Source: Gammaproteobacteria bacterium
GTDB lineage: Bacteria > Pseudomonadota > Gammaproteobacteria > Eutrophobiales > Eutrophobiaceae
NCBI GenBank assembly: GCA_965222155.1
Contig: CBDCTH010000012.1
Location: forward strand, 1,536,001 to 1,600,000
Direction of reading: 5' to 3'
DNA: 64,000 bases
The notes beneath the pieces were generated by a model. It had not been told where the DNA came from and made no database searches. It saw only the letters and a program-made list of their open reading frames with translations. Positions 39,016 to 50,307 of the stretch are shown in pieces (positions within the stretch are counted from its first letter, which is position 1; the number at the start of each line of letters is the position of its first letter). A program made the translations under genes and the position numbers.

Positions 39016-39924
39016 TCACATATTCTTATCCGTGACCTGCTCCGGTTCTTTTCCCCTGCAGGCATTCACAATCCCGACACAGCTTACAAATAACAGGATG
39101 ACATGAGGTAACAGAAAAAAAGTCCCATACATGCCTATCAGCCAGACCCTGGAAAATGCTCTGGTATGAAAAAACCCGTGTATGACTGACAACCCCTGAT
39201 ACAGGTACAGAATCAGCATCAATATCACCACGTCCCGGGTCAGTATCGATACATTATCAGGCGCAAGCAGTAATACGAACAGACCCGCCAGTGTCGGAAA
39301 TACCAGGACACGCGGCAATCTTAATGAATAAAATTCTTTCCTGAATCCACCGGGATTATACAATACCGACTGCCACCAACGCGCCAGCAGCAAGGTGGTA
39401 ATAAGGCTGACGACAAAACCGGTTGCGATAAATGCGGATAGCAGCGGGCTGATGAACTGGTATACCTGGTCAAGCTGTTGTGCGGTTTGATCAGTTGTCG
39501 CATATTCTTTCCAACTATCGAACCACTCCTGCCACCATCCCTGGATATCTTCGAGCTTAAAATAAATATAGGCAGTAAACAAACTGCCTGTAGCGCCGGC
39601 GCACAGAAGCATCAGGCCCTGAGATTGCGTTCTTCTTAATATCCCTGCACACAGGATCACAGGCAACCAGACAGAAACCATGAAGGCTATCGGTATTCCT
39701 GTCTGCACACTCAACGCTACTGCCATCAATGCAATCAGCAACAAGCTGCCGCAGGCAACCTGCAAGCTGACAAGGGGCCCTCTGCGCAAGGCCACCAGTC
39801 CCATTGGCGCGCCACTGATAAAATAGGACAAGGGTGAGATAAATACCGACAGTATGGTCAACGCACTGATAGTAAAAACCGCATGAATGCGTGTTTTTAA
39901 TAGATAATTACCAAGTGCTATCAT
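39016..39924 (-). CDS. DUF2232-like membrane protein
   Basis: LLLARWWQSVLYNPGGFRKEF motif; conserved position between rpsR and rplI; start ATG 39924. Confidence 0.82.
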   Translation of the reverse strand: MIALGNYLLKTRIHAVFTISALTILSVFISPLSYFISGAPMGLVALRRGPLVSLQVACGSLLLIALMAVALSVQTGIPIAFMVSVWLPVILCAGILRRTQSQGLMLLCAGATGSLFTAYIYFKLEDIQGWWQEWFDSWKEYATTDQTAQQLDQVYQFISPLLSAFIATGFVVSLITTLLLARWWQSVLYNPGGFRKEFYSLRLPRVLVFPTLAGLFVLLLAPDNVSILTRDVVILMLILYLYQGLSVIHGFFHTRAFSRVWLIGMYGTFFLLPHVILLFVSCVGIVNACRGKEPEQVTDKNM

Positions 39925-39982
39925 AACGGGATTACCCAATAAACCAGGGATAAGGAGCGCACCCGGAAGCGATTTACCTGTC

Positions 39983-40144
39983 AACCCGCATTTCTCACCA
40001 GTTGATGCGCCCTCGCTTGTCTTTTGGCTGCCAGCGGGCACGTGCTCCCTCAACCATAGCTACGGCTATGCTCTCGGTCGCAGGCGCCCGCTGGCAGCCA
40101 AAATCCTGCGCTATCATCGCATCAACTGGTGAGAAATACGGGTT
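39983..40144. mobile_element. 162-bp fold-back (MITE-like) element
   Basis: 27-bp terminal IR with one mismatch (aacccgcatttctcaccagttgatgcg), 18-bp inner IR, central catagc-tacg-gctatg. Confidence 0.78.
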
Positions 40145-40175
40145 AACCACGTCCTTCCGGCGAACAGGTAAACTG

Positions 40176-40400
40176 CTAATGGGCCTCGCTGTAGGGCAGT
40201 AAAGACAGATATCTCGCGCGCTTGATCGCTGCAGCCAACTGACGCTGATACTTTGCTTTGGTGCCTGATATCCTGCTGGGCACAATTTTACCTGTTTCAG
40301 TAATATATGCTTTTAAGGTATTGATATCTTTATAATCAATTTCTTCAATGCCTTCTGCAGAAAACTTGCAGAAGCGCTTTCTTCTAAAATATCTCGCCAT
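40176..40400 (-). CDS. rpsR: 30S ribosomal protein S18
   Basis: [16 protein letters not shown]. Confidence 0.98.
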   Translation of the reverse strand: MARYFRRKRFCKFSAEGIEEIDYKDINTLKAYITETGKIVPSRISGTKAKYQRQLAAAIKRARYLSLLPYSEAH

Positions 40401-40415
40401 GGGTCTCCTGGGGTG

Positions 40416-40883
40416 TTATATGTTTTCTTCAACTTCCGGCTCCGCCGCAGCCTCGGCTGAAACGGATACCTGCTCAACTTCCTCATCTACGAGGGAATCC
40501 CTGTCTGCTTCCACAGCGGCAAGTGGATTCGTGCTGTCGGTAAATTCCCCCTCTTGTTCCAGCTCTGTGCTTTTCACCAAGGGTGATGGATCTGTGACGG
40601 CCCTCTCCTTCCGGAAAACAAGATCACGAATAACAGCGTCATTGAACCTGAATGCGTGATTCAACTGGTCCAGGGTGGTCTGGTCACACTCAATGTTCAT
40701 TAACACATAGTGAGCCTTGTGGATCTTGTTGATTGGATAAGCCAGTTGCCGGCGTCCCCAGTCTTCCAGTCGATGGATTACACCCTGGTTCGACTCGATG
40801 ATGGAATGGTACCGTTCAATCATGGCAGGAACCTGTTCGCTCTGGTCCGGATGGACCAGAAACACGATTTCATAATGTCTCAT
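40416..40883 (-). CDS. rpsF: 30S ribosomal protein S6
   Basis: [18 protein letters not shown]. Confidence 0.98.
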   Translation of the reverse strand: MRHYEIVFLVHPDQSEQVPAMIERYHSIIESNQGVIHRLEDWGRRQLAYPINKIHKAHYVLMNIECDQTTLDQLNHAFRFNDAVIRDLVFRKERAVTDPSPLVKSTELEQEGEFTDSTNPLAAVEADRDSLVDEEVEQVSVSAEAAAEPEVEENI

Positions 40884-40935
40884 TGTTATATCCTCATGGA
40901 TTCAGCCTCCCGTCAATGCGGTGAGGCAAGGATTC
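40884..40935 (-). ncRNA. S6:S18-binding rpsF leader RNA
   Basis: Minus strand ccttgcctc...ggaggctgaatccatgagga resembles the gammaproteobacterial rpsF leader (GCCTC/GAGGC stem, CCR motif next to the SD). Confidence 0.65.
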
Positions 40936-40983
40936 TGGAAGGCGCAGTATAGTGTATAGACGTTGAGGTTGCAAATGGATGAT

Positions 40984-41919
40984 TCAACGAAAAGAATAAC
41001 CGAATTCCTGTTTGAATAAATCCGAGAATTCCTGCCCGGTAAACTGGTGATTCTGCGTGCCTGGTACTTCGATCTTGATTTTTCCCATAAGGGAGGCAAT
41101 CCTGCCGGTCGTATCCCAATCCATATCATGCATCAGTCCATATAACAAACCGGCCCGGTAAGCATCTCCGCAACCGGTGGGATCAACCAGGCAAGCGGCC
41201 TTTGCCGCCGGGATGTCAAAGCGTCCGCCACGGGTATGAATAAGTGAGCCGGACGCCCCGCGGGTAACAATCAGCGAATCCACCAGGTCCATGACACTGG
41301 CCATAGTCAATCCTGTCTTGTCTTCAACCAGTTGCCATTCATAATCATTGAAAACCAGCCAGGTCGCATACCCGAAACTGTTCAGCAATTCATCCCTGGA
41401 AAGCACCGTTACGTTCTGGCCGGGGTCAAAGATAAACGGGATATCCGCCTCGGCAAATTGCCGGGCGTGTTGCAACATCCCCTCCTTGCCGTCCGGCGCC
41501 ACTATACCGATACTGATTCCCTGGGCCATGGCTACCTTGTTTTCATGAGAATGAGCCATGGCGCCCACCTGAAATGACGTGATCTGGTTATCATCCAGGT
41601 CCGTGGTGATAAAACACTGAGCGGTATAGGTATCGTCAATAACGCGCAGGTGGCGCAGGTCGATGTCGTTCTTTTCCAGCCATTCCCTGTAGGCGGCAAA
41701 GTCAGTCCCTACCGTACCCATAGACAGACAGTCCGCGCCCAGCAACTTCATATTATAGATAATATTTCCGCCGCAACCGCCGAACTCGCGCTGCATGTCG
41801 GGCACCACGAAGCAAACATTCAGCATGTGTATTTTTTCCGGCAATATGTGTTCTTTAAAACGGCCCGGAAACACCATGATATGGTCATAGGCGAAGGAAC
41901 CGCAGATGAGTACAGTCAT
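40984..41919 (-). CDS. PfkB-family kinase (adenosine kinase-like)
   Basis: GSFAYD, DPGQ, DPTGCGDAYRAG. Confidence 0.9.
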   Translation of the reverse strand: MTVLICGSFAYDHIMVFPGRFKEHILPEKIHMLNVCFVVPDMQREFGGCGGNIIYNMKLLGADCLSMGTVGTDFAAYREWLEKNDIDLRHLRVIDDTYTAQCFITTDLDDNQITSFQVGAMAHSHENKVAMAQGISIGIVAPDGKEGMLQHARQFAEADIPFIFDPGQNVTVLSRDELLNSFGYATWLVFNDYEWQLVEDKTGLTMASVMDLVDSLIVTRGASGSLIHTRGGRFDIPAAKAACLVDPTGCGDAYRAGLLYGLMHDMDWDTTGRIASLMGKIKIEVPGTQNHQFTGQEFSDLFKQEFGYSFR

Positions 41920-42007
41920 AAGGTTGGGATTTTATGATAACCGGGGTTAATCGAACATGTCTGATTTCAGTATAATAGACCTGCTTTACAACTCTATTAT
42001 ACAACCA

Positions 42008-42568
42008 ATGAAGAATAACAAGGTATGTGTATTTGCCGGTTCCAATAACGGCGCAGGCTCTGAATATGCAGACGCGGCTTCAGCTCTCGGCAGAGAATTG
42101 GCAAAACGCGGCCTGGGTCTTGTCTTTGGCGGCGGAGGGACCGGCCTGATGGGTGCGGCAGCAGATGCGGTTTTGCACCAGGGTGGTGAGGTGATCGGGG
42201 TCATCCCGACGTTTCTGGTAAATAAGGAGGGTAGAATAGTACATGATCAGGTAACCGAACTTCATGTGGTCGGTTCAATGCATGAACGAAAAGCGTTGAT
42301 GTTTGAGTTATCTGACTGCTTTATTGCACTCCCCGGCGGTCTTGGGACATTTGAAGAAATTCTCGAAGTGTTAACCTGGAGACAACTGGGTCTGCATGAC
42401 AAACCCTGCGCCGTATTAAACGTTGACGGTTATTTCGACCGACTTCTTGACTTTCTTGACCACGCCGTGGCAGAACGGTTTATCCAACCCGAGGAACGCA
42501 ACAGGTTGATCGCGGAAACAACCCCGGAATCCGTTCTGAATACGATGGAAAAACAGAATATTATCTAA
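42008..42568 (+). CDS. LOG family nucleotide 5'-monophosphate nucleosidase
   Basis: GGGGTGLMG, MHERK, PGGLGTFEE. Confidence 0.92.
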   Translation: MKNNKVCVFAGSNNGAGSEYADAASALGRELAKRGLGLVFGGGGTGLMGAAADAVLHQGGEVIGVIPTFLVNKEGRIVHDQVTELHVVGSMHERKALMFELSDCFIALPGGLGTFEEILEVLTWRQLGLHDKPCAVLNVDGYFDRLLDFLDHAVAERFIQPEERNRLIAETTPESVLNTMEKQNII

Positions 42569-42592
42569 AATAATATGATGTCATAGAATATT

Positions 42593-42798
42593 CAGGGCAA
42601 ACGCATACTTTTGGATTCTGTTGCAGAAGACAGGAAACCAACCGGAAAACGCCGCCCGTCATGCTGGCGAATGCCAGCATCCAGTCAAACAACAGCGCAT
42701 GATCATGGTGATGAAGGGTTATTCACTGGATTCTGGCTTGCGCCAGAATGACGGAATCGGGTAAAAACATCTGAATTCAAAAGTATGCGTTTGCCCTG
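42593..42798. mobile_element. 206-bp MITE, second copy (inverted)
   Basis: Same TIRs; 10-bp TSD atagaatatt at 42583-42592 and 42799-42808. Confidence 0.93.
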
Positions 42799-42827
42799 AT
42801 AGAATATTATTAATAATATACTTTACT

Positions 42828-45707
42828 TTAATTTGTCAATAACTCCGCCTGTCTCACAATATTTTCAGGTTTAGCCGCACTGAATTTTCTGATAATCGGC
42901 GCCAGGTAGCGACCGGTATAAGACCGCACTTGCCTTGCCAGGTCTTCAGGTGTGCCGGCGGCTATGATCTCACCCCCGCCGTCTCCGCCTTCTGGCCCCA
43001 GGTCGATTATCCAGTCCGCGGTTTTAATGACATCCAGGTTGTGTTCGATGACAACCACAGTATTGCCGTGATCGCGCAACTGGTGCAGTACGCCGAGCAA
43101 CTGTTTTACATCATGGAAATGCAGGCCGGTCGTCGGTTCATCCAGTATGTACAGGGTCTTGCCGGTATCCCGTTTGGATAACTCCCTGGACAGCTTTACC
43201 CTCTGCGCTTCACCCCCGGAGAGCGTTGTCGCATTCTGTCCGAGACGGATATAGGCCAGCCCGACGTCAATCAAAGTCTGCAGTTTACGGGCGATGACCG
43301 GCACTGCGGTGAAGAACTCCCGGGCATCTTCCACCGTCATATCCAGTATTTCGTGGATGTTTTTGCCTTTATATCTGACTTGCAGGGTTTCCCTGTTATA
43401 GCGTTTGCCTTTACAGACATCGCACATTACGTAGATATCCGGTAAAAAGTGCATTTCAACCTTGATGAGCCCGTCGCCCTGGCAGGCTTCACAACGCCCC
43501 CCCTTGACGTTGAAGCTGAAACGACCAGGCTTGTATCCCCTGGAACGCGCTTCCCGGGTGGCGGCAAACAGTTCCCGGATTGGCGTAAACAAACCGGTAT
43601 ACGTAGCCGGATTCGAACGCGGGGTGCGCCCGATAGGGCTTTGATCAATATCCACCACCTTATCGATATACTCCAGACCGGATATGGACTGGTAGGGGGC
43701 AGGCTTGGCTGCGGCGTGATTCAGTTCGCCCGCGGCAATACGGTACAAAGTATCATTGATCAAAGTCGATTTGCCCGAGCCGGAAACGCCGGTGACACAA
43801 GTCATCAGTCCAAGCGGCAGTTCAAGTTGAATTGATTTCAGGTTATTCCCTGTGGCACCGGTCAGCACCACCACCTGCTCCGGGTCAGGCTTGACCCGTA
43901 AGCGCGGCATGTTGATACACTCCCGTCCCGATAAGTATGCCCCGGTCAACGAATCTTCGCATTGCGCTATTTGTTCCGGCCGGCCCTGCGCTACAACCCT
44001 GCCGCCGTGAACGCCGGCGCCCGGCCCCATATCAATGACATGGTCAGCCGCATTGATTGCCTCTTCATCATGCTCAACAACAATAACCGTATTGCCCAGG
44101 TCCCGCAGTTGCCGTAACGTCTCCAGCAGCCGCTTATTATCCCGTTGATGCAGGCCTATTGAAGGCTCATCCAGGACATACATGACGCCGACCAGCCCCG
44201 CACCTATCTGGCTCGCCAGGCGGATACGCTGGGCCTCTCCGCCGGACAGGGTTTCCGCGCTCCGGTCCAGGGTCAGGTAGTCCAGACCTACATTGATAAG
44301 AAAGCGCAGCCGGTCCTCCACTTCCTTCAATATGCGTGCGGCAATTTCTCCGCGCTGTCCGGTAATTACCATGCGTTGAAAAAATGCCTGTGCCTGCATC
44401 ACGGGCATGGCAGTGATTGTCGGCAGATTAATATTATTTATAAACACATGCCGGGCAGCTTCGTTAAGGCGTTGTCCGCTACAGGACGGACAGGGCTGAC
44501 TACTCTGGTATTTGTTCAAGTCTTCCCTGATCATGACTGATTCGGTTTCCCGATAACGTCGCTGCATATTAGGGATGACACCCTCAAAGGCATGAGAGCG
44601 TTTGACGATACCGCGCTTGCTGTGCAGGTATTCAAATGCAATTTCCTCGCTGCCGCTGCCGTACAGGATAACCTGCCGGATTTGTTCATCCAGCTCGGCA
44701 AACGGCGTATCGATAGCAAACTCATAGTGCTTTGCGAGCGATTTGATCAACTGATAGTAATAGGCATTACGCCTGTCCCAGCCGCGTATGGCGCCGTCTG
44801 GCAGACTTAGTGAACGATCCTGGATTATCTTGTCGGCATCAAAAAACTGGATGACGCCAAGGCCGTCACAACGGGAACAGGCGCCGACGGGGTTATTAAA
44901 AGAAAATAACCTGGGTTCCAACTCACTCAGACTGTAGCCGCATTGCGAACAGGCAAACCGGGTTGAGAACACCGTATCACCCGCATCAAGGTCATCCATT
45001 GACGCAACAATGGCCAGGCCGTCTGACAGGCGCACTGTGGTTTCCAGGGATTCAGCGAGCCGTAAACCGATGTCGGGACGTACCCGAAAGCGGTCCACTA
45101 CTACCTCGATTGTATGTTTTCTGCGCAGGTCCAATGCAGGGGTACTATCCAGTTCAACCACCTTCCCATCTATGCGGGCGCGCACGAAACCCTCCGCCCT
45201 GATCCTTTCAATCTGTTGTATATGCTCGCCTTTTCTGCCTTGTACCACTGGCGCCAGCAGCATCAATCGACGCCCATGAGGTTGTTCAATTATAACATCC
45301 ACCATCTGGGTAATAGTCTGGGCGGCCAGTAGTGTCTGGTGTTCCGGACAGTGCGGCTCTCCCACCCTGGCAAATAACAGACGCAGGTAATCATAGATTT
45401 CGGTAATAGTGCCTACGGTGGATCGCGGGTTATGAGATGTCGACTTCTGTTCTATGCTGATAGCCGGGGACAGTCCTTCTATATGATCCACGTCAGGTTT
45501 TTCCATCATGGACAGGAACTGCCTGGCATAAGCGGACAAGGATTCCACGTAGCGGCGCTGGCCGTCGGCATAGATGGTATCAAACGCCAGAGATGACTTG
45601 CCCGACCCCGATAAACCGGTGATCACAATCATCCGGTCCCTGGGAATATCCAGGTTGATGTTGTTCAGGTTATGGGTCCTGGCGCCCCTGATTCGTATGC
45701 TGTCCAC
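42828..45707 (-). CDS. uvrA: Excinuclease ABC subunit A
   Basis: GLSGSGKSS, two ABC domains, Zn fingers. Confidence 0.98.
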   Translation of the reverse strand: MDSIRIRGARTHNLNNINLDIPRDRMIVITGLSGSGKSSLAFDTIYADGQRRYVESLSAYARQFLSMMEKPDVDHIEGLSPAISIEQKSTSHNPRSTVGTITEIYDYLRLLFARVGEPHCPEHQTLLAAQTITQMVDVIIEQPHGRRLMLLAPVVQGRKGEHIQQIERIRAEGFVRARIDGKVVELDSTPALDLRRKHTIEVVVDRFRVRPDIGLRLAESLETTVRLSDGLAIVASMDDLDAGDTVFSTRFACSQCGYSLSELEPRLFSFNNPVGACSRCDGLGVIQFFDADKIIQDRSLSLPDGAIRGWDRRNAYYYQLIKSLAKHYEFAIDTPFAELDEQIRQVILYGSGSEEIAFEYLHSKRGIVKRSHAFEGVIPNMQRRYRETESVMIREDLNKYQSSQPCPSCSGQRLNEAARHVFINNINLPTITAMPVMQAQAFFQRMVITGQRGEIAARILKEVEDRLRFLINVGLDYLTLDRSAETLSGGEAQRIRLASQIGAGLVGVMYVLDEPSIGLHQRDNKRLLETLRQLRDLGNTVIVVEHDEEAINAADHVIDMGPGAGVHGGRVVAQGRPEQIAQCEDSLTGAYLSGRECINMPRLRVKPDPEQVVVLTGATGNNLKSIQLELPLGLMTCVTGVSGSGKSTLINDTLYRIAAGELNHAAAKPAPYQSISGLEYIDKVVDIDQSPIGRTPRSNPATYTGLFTPIRELFAATREARSRGYKPGRFSFNVKGGRCEACQGDGLIKVEMHFLPDIYVMCDVCKGKRYNRETLQVRYKGKNIHEILDMTVEDAREFFTAVPVIARKLQTLIDVGLAYIRLGQNATTLSGGEAQRVKLSRELSKRDTGKTLYILDEPTTGLHFHDVKQLLGVLHQLRDHGNTVVVIEHNLDVIKTADWIIDLGPEGGDGGGEIIAAGTPEDLARQVRSYTGRYLAPIIRKFSAAKPENIVRQAELLTN

Positions 45708-45860
45708 GTTAGCTGCTTTTGTTTGGCTGAATTTAATTCAACCTGCTAATATAAGGGATGATTCGCATGAGTCCAACCGGGTTTTATCCCCGGCTGAAAA
45801 AACAGCAGTACAAGCGTTGTTTTTTTTAACACTAAAATTAAATCGTAAAGGAGTGGAATA

Positions 45861-46328
45861 ATGGCCAGAGGAATTAATAAAGTCATCCTTATTGGAAACT
45901 TAGGAAACGATCCGGATGTAAGGTATACGTCCGGCGGGGCGCCCATCGCCAATGTCAGTGTGGCGACTTCTGAATCGTGGCGGGATAAGGAAACAGGTGA
46001 CCTGCAGGAGCGAACGGAATGGCATCGTGTCGTATTTTTCAGTCGGCTGGCGGAGATAGTGTCTGAATATTTGCGCAAAGGCTCAAAGATCTACGTAGAA
46101 GGACGGCTGCAAACGCGCAAATGGCAGGATCGCGATGGCAATGATCGGTATACGACTGAAGTCGTAGCCAATGAAATGCAAATGCTGGATAGCAAGGGTG
46201 CTTCGGGGGAATTCACCGGGACATCATCTGCACCGACGCGCAAACCGGCCGCTGCAAATGCTCCCGTGCAACAGGACAACAGTCCTGGTGATGGCGGTGA
46301 ATTTGTTGATGATGATATCCCGTTTTAA
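45861..46328 (+). CDS. ssb: Single-stranded DNA-binding protein
   Basis: [13 protein letters not shown]...DDDIPF. Confidence 0.98.
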   Translation: MARGINKVILIGNLGNDPDVRYTSGGAPIANVSVATSESWRDKETGDLQERTEWHRVVFFSRLAEIVSEYLRKGSKIYVEGRLQTRKWQDRDGNDRYTTEVVANEMQMLDSKGASGEFTGTSSAPTRKPAAANAPVQQDNSPGDGGEFVDDDIPF

Positions 46329-46436
46329 ATAAAGCATCTCTACAAGTAATGTTACGCTGAGAGCAGCGACGCCTTTTTCTGCCGGAGCCCTGGTTATTAA
46401 ACAGAAAATCATGAACCCCGAAGGGTTTCAGAAACT

Positions 46437-49256
46437 ATGGACTTACAAAAAAACTTCCTGATTATTTTTGCGTCCATCGTGACGCTGATGCTGCTGTCAC
46501 TGATCCTTTACATGAACGTACTGGAAAATGAAGCAACCATTGTAGAAGCGGCTGAAAAAAGATACAAATCATACCTGCTGGCTGATGAATTGCGCCAGAG
46601 TTCGGATGACCTTACCCGCATGGCGAGAACCTATACGCTCACCGCCGATGCAAAATACAAAGAGTACTTCGAAAGAATTCTGGCCATAAGGAGCGGAGCT
46701 GCGCCGCGTCCTGTGGATTATCATAATATCTACTGGGACTTCGTTGCCGCCACAGGCGCACTACCCCGGATAGAAACGCCTCCAAAGCCTTTGAAACAAT
46801 TGATGAAAGAAGCGGACTTCACGGAAACCGAGTTTGCTCTCCTACAGGAAACGGAGACTGAATCCAACGAGCTTGTCAACCTGGAAAACCGGGCAATGAA
46901 TGCCATGGTGGGAATCTTTGAAGACGCTACGGGTCGCTATACCAGAAGTGAACCCGATAGAGAACTGGCTCGTAATCTGCTGCACGGTGACGCGTATCAT
47001 AAGGCAAAGGAAAAAGTTATGACGCCACTGGAGAAATTTTTCGACGCTATCGATCACAGGACTTCGGGGGAAATCGCAGTTTACCGTGATAAACAACGCA
47101 GGGTTAACCTTGTATTGATGCTCACCCTTGGCTTGTCAGCCTGTCTCGCCTTTATTTCCCTGCTCCTGGGGGCGGCCTCCTTGAAAAAGAAAGGTGCGGA
47201 CACGGGGAAGTCAAGGCTGGCGCAACGTCTGGCCGCTAGTGGTTACCCTTCTCCCTCTTCAGATAACAAGCTGCCGGCTCGAGACAGGCTGGCCCAGCGC
47301 CTGTCGACCTCTGCTTCTCCCGCCGCTGCCAAAGAAGGTCAGGAAATAAAAAAAGAAAACTCATCCCTGTTATTTTTTGTCAGGAACTTCTGGAATAACT
47401 GGCCTATTATCGTAGCGGCTATCGTCATTACCTTTATGACGCTGGGACTGTCATGGTGGTTTGTGAGCGAGAACAGAATTCAATCATATACCAAGGTCAG
47501 GGATGAGTTGAAATTTACCTTGGATGCCACCCACGGCGCGGTTCTGGACTGGTTAAATCAAACCAGCCGGGACGCTGCCAACTTTGCCGAAGCGGTCGGC
47601 CGCCAAGTGTCCGAAGAAACCCTGCAACTGATAAAAGATTATCCGGACCATGTATTGCATCAGGAACTGGCAGCTTCAATGATTGCAGATCCGGAGAACC
47701 TCAAAAACATTTCAGTCGAGCAAGAACTAAAGTCACTCGCCGTAGATTCGAGTATCGCCGACCCCGACCTGTTTGAAAACTACATGATCGTCGATAATAA
47801 AGGCATCGTACTTTCCAGCAATCGGGCAGATCTTATCGGGAAATATTTTGCATTTCCAGGCGGCACCATGGAACGATTGTTGACCCAAAAAACGATTATC
47901 AGTTTTCCTGATCGGCAGGCCGGCGATAATTTACTATCCAGAAATATAGTTTTTGGTTCCCTGATAGATGAAAATAAGGGCGCAGTATTCATCATGGCGT
48001 CACCCAGGCGAATGTTGTCTACAATCTTGAGGAGGGGATATTCCGGTAATTACGGTGAGATTTATATGGTTGACGCCGAGGGTCGTTTTATCAGCGAACC
48101 GCGCTGGAAAGAGGAAATGATTGATAAGGGCCGGGTCCGCGCGGACACCCTCTCCGTTGTGGGGATGAGTGTCAGCCAATACGAAAACGCTACCCGGCAA
48201 GCCGGCTTTCCGCTCTCTGTCGGGCGCGTCATATCGGGTGTAAGCGGCGAGGAATTGGATGACTATGAAAATTACCTGGGGGACGAGGTAGTGGGGTACT
48301 GGAACTGGAACAACACCTACGGATTTGGCATTATCAATGAGTACAAAAGTCAAGATGCCTTTGCCACATTCAATGCCTATAAAAATCAGGCCCTGGCAGG
48401 CAGTTGGTTCACGGTACTACTATTCCTGATCCTGACCTTGATGTCCATCTGGAGTCGAACCAAGGTTGCCAGAGCCAACGAGGACCTGAAAGGCGCCTTC
48501 AAGACGATCAAGTCGCATAATGACAAGCTTGCCCAGGACCTCAGGATTGGCCAAAAAGTGCAGTTGGATATGTTACCCGATCCGATAGAAGGTGACGGTT
48601 TTAACCTGGAGGCGTTTTTGAAACCGGCGCAAAGTGTTTCGGGGGACTTTTATGATTTCTCACTCATGCAGGATGGAAAAGTGTACTTTTGCGTGGGTGA
48701 CGTTTCCGGTAAAGGCATACCGGCCTCTCTTTTCATGTCCGTCAGCAAGTCCCTGCTCAATAAGATACTGGACCAGACCGACCAGACAAAAGATATCATA
48801 ACCAGGGTTAACCGGGAATTGTCCTTGAACAATGACAGCAACATGTTTGTAACACTGATTCTGGGGATTATGGATCTGAAAACAGGGAAACTGCTCATTA
48901 CCAATGCAGGACATAACCTGCCATTTATTAAAAAGCAGTCTGGCGAACTTATATGTCTCGATAAGATACAAGGACCCCTGGTGGGTACCTTTGAAGACAT
49001 AGAATTTGAACAACAATCAATTGAAATGGCCAAGGGTGATATGGTGCTGTTTTATACCGATGGCGTGACTGAGGCACAGAACATACGGGATGATTTCTAT
49101 GAGGATGACCGGTTAGAGGAATTGTTGAAACAAAACGAGTTTGAAAGCGCCAGCGATATGACAAATAGCGTCATCAGAAGCGTTCTTCGGTTTATAGGAC
49201 GAGCAGATCAATTTGATGACATCACCATCCTGTCCTTTCAATATACCGGCCTGTAA
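46437..49256 (+). CDS. Membrane sensor PP2C/SpoIIE (RsbU-like) phosphatase
   Basis: Four TM segments, two extracytoplasmic domains; C-terminal SGDFYD, GDVSGKG, YTDGVTEA, DDIT. Confidence 0.9.
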   Translation: MDLQKNFLIIFASIVTLMLLSLILYMNVLENEATIVEAAEKRYKSYLLADELRQSSDDLTRMARTYTLTADAKYKEYFERILAIRSGAAPRPVDYHNIYWDFVAATGALPRIETPPKPLKQLMKEADFTETEFALLQETETESNELVNLENRAMNAMVGIFEDATGRYTRSEPDRELARNLLHGDAYHKAKEKVMTPLEKFFDAIDHRTSGEIAVYRDKQRRVNLVLMLTLGLSACLAFISLLLGAASLKKKGADTGKSRLAQRLAASGYPSPSSDNKLPARDRLAQRLSTSASPAAAKEGQEIKKENSSLLFFVRNFWNNWPIIVAAIVITFMTLGLSWWFVSENRIQSYTKVRDELKFTLDATHGAVLDWLNQTSRDAANFAEAVGRQVSEETLQLIKDYPDHVLHQELAASMIADPENLKNISVEQELKSLAVDSSIADPDLFENYMIVDNKGIVLSSNRADLIGKYFAFPGGTMERLLTQKTIISFPDRQAGDNLLSRNIVFGSLIDENKGAVFIMASPRRMLSTILRRGYSGNYGEIYMVDAEGRFISEPRWKEEMIDKGRVRADTLSVVGMSVSQYENATRQAGFPLSVGRVISGVSGEELDDYENYLGDEVVGYWNWNNTYGFGIINEYKSQDAFATFNAYKNQALAGSWFTVLLFLILTLMSIWSRTKVARANEDLKGAFKTIKSHNDKLAQDLRIGQKVQLDMLPDPIEGDGFNLEAFLKPAQSVSGDFYDFSLMQDGKVYFCVGDVSGKGIPASLFMSVSKSLLNKILDQTDQTKDIITRVNRELSLNNDSNMFVTLILGIMDLKTGKLLITNAGHNLPFIKKQSGELICLDKIQGPLVGTFEDIEFEQQSIEMAKGDMVLFYTDGVTEAQNIRDDFYEDDRLEELLKQNEFESASDMTNSVIRSVLRFIGRADQFDDITILSFQYTGL

Positions 49257-49319
49257 CAGCCCGCTGTGGATATCGCTGTACCTGTAGCGGGACTGCTGCT
49301 ATTTTCAATAGTGCCGTAG

Positions 49320-49772
49320 TTACAGTTTAGACTTGATAATGACTACTTCGTTTCCATCCTGTGAACCATAGTATTCGAGCCGATCATTAAGGCTTTTTAC
49401 CAGGTGAATCCCCAATCCTCCCCCTTTCTCCTTTTTTTGTTCAGGGTCTTTGCCTCCAAGCCGCGGCTCCGGCGCATTTCTTAATAAATCAAAAGGTGGC
49501 GCCTGATCTCGCATACAAATTCTGAGATCTGTACCGATGTTTTCGGCTTCCACAACTACAGTGCCTTCTTGCCCTTCGGGGTAACCATGAGTGAATGAAT
49601 TTACAATCAATTCCTCCATGGAAAGCTCCAGTTCAAATATCTTGCCGTCATCCAAACCCTGCTCTTCACAATACGACCTTAAATCATCAGAAAAACTGGG
49701 CAGATCATTGGAAAGGTCAGATAAAACCCATTTAAAAGAATCGTCTTTTACCACCATAATTGTGTCTCGCAA
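49320..49772 (-). CDS. RsbW-like anti-sigma/Ser kinase (HATPase_c)
   Basis: EELIVNSFTHGY, D..PPFD, GGLGIHLV. Confidence 0.88.
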   Translation of the reverse strand: MRDTIMVVKDDSFKWVLSDLSNDLPSFSDDLRSYCEEQGLDDGKIFELELSMEELIVNSFTHGYPEGQEGTVVVEAENIGTDLRICMRDQAPPFDLLRNAPEPRLGGKDPEQKKEKGGGLGIHLVKSLNDRLEYYGSQDGNEVVIIKSKL

Positions 49773-49958
49773 AAAAGTTATAATGTATTATTCATATATT
49801 GATTGGTATACTATACCAATCGGTATTTATTCGGCACCCGGATTTTAGATAATGTCTTGCCTCTCACAGCGCAGTATAAAAGACTGGGCAGTTAAATTCA
49901 AAATTAGCTACAATGCCGGTCACAACCAGCAAGTACTTATAACAACAAGAGAAAAATA

Positions 49959-50300
49959 ATGAGCGATATTCAAACGGTAAACCAGGATGGTATAGTTATA
50001 CTAAATCTGAAAGGGCGGGTTGATGCAACAAATTCAGGAACGGTTCATGATAAGGTCATGGATGAAATTAAAAACGGTTGCAACAAGATGATCATTAATT
50101 TTTCAGACGTTAATTACATCTCCAGTGCCGGCTTACGCGTCCTGATATTTGCTACAAAGAGTTTTGCCAAGAGTTCAGGATCATTTTCTGTTTGTTCCCT
50201 GAATGAAAATATCATGAAGATATTTGAAATAAGTGGTCTGGTGAACCTGTTTACCATCCATGATGACCTGGAGAAAGGCATCGCTTCAATCAAGGATTAA
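49959..50300 (+). CDS. STAS anti-sigma factor antagonist (RsbV-like)
   Basis: LKGRVDA, YISSAGLRVL, IFEISG. Confidence 0.92.
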   Translation: MSDIQTVNQDGIVILNLKGRVDATNSGTVHDKVMDEIKNGCNKMIINFSDVNYISSAGLRVLIFATKSFAKSSGSFSVCSLNENIMKIFEISGLVNLFTIHDDLEKGIASIKD

Positions 50301-50307
50301 ACGGGCA

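Noticed and set aside
39925-40053. N-terminal extension of the DUF2232 ORF
   Set aside because: The upstream start lies inside the fold-back element; ATG 39924 fits the family start better.
45794-45808. LexA SOS box between uvrA and ssb
   Set aside because: ctgaaaaaacagcag gives CTG-N9-CAG or N6, not the canonical CTG-N10-CAG.
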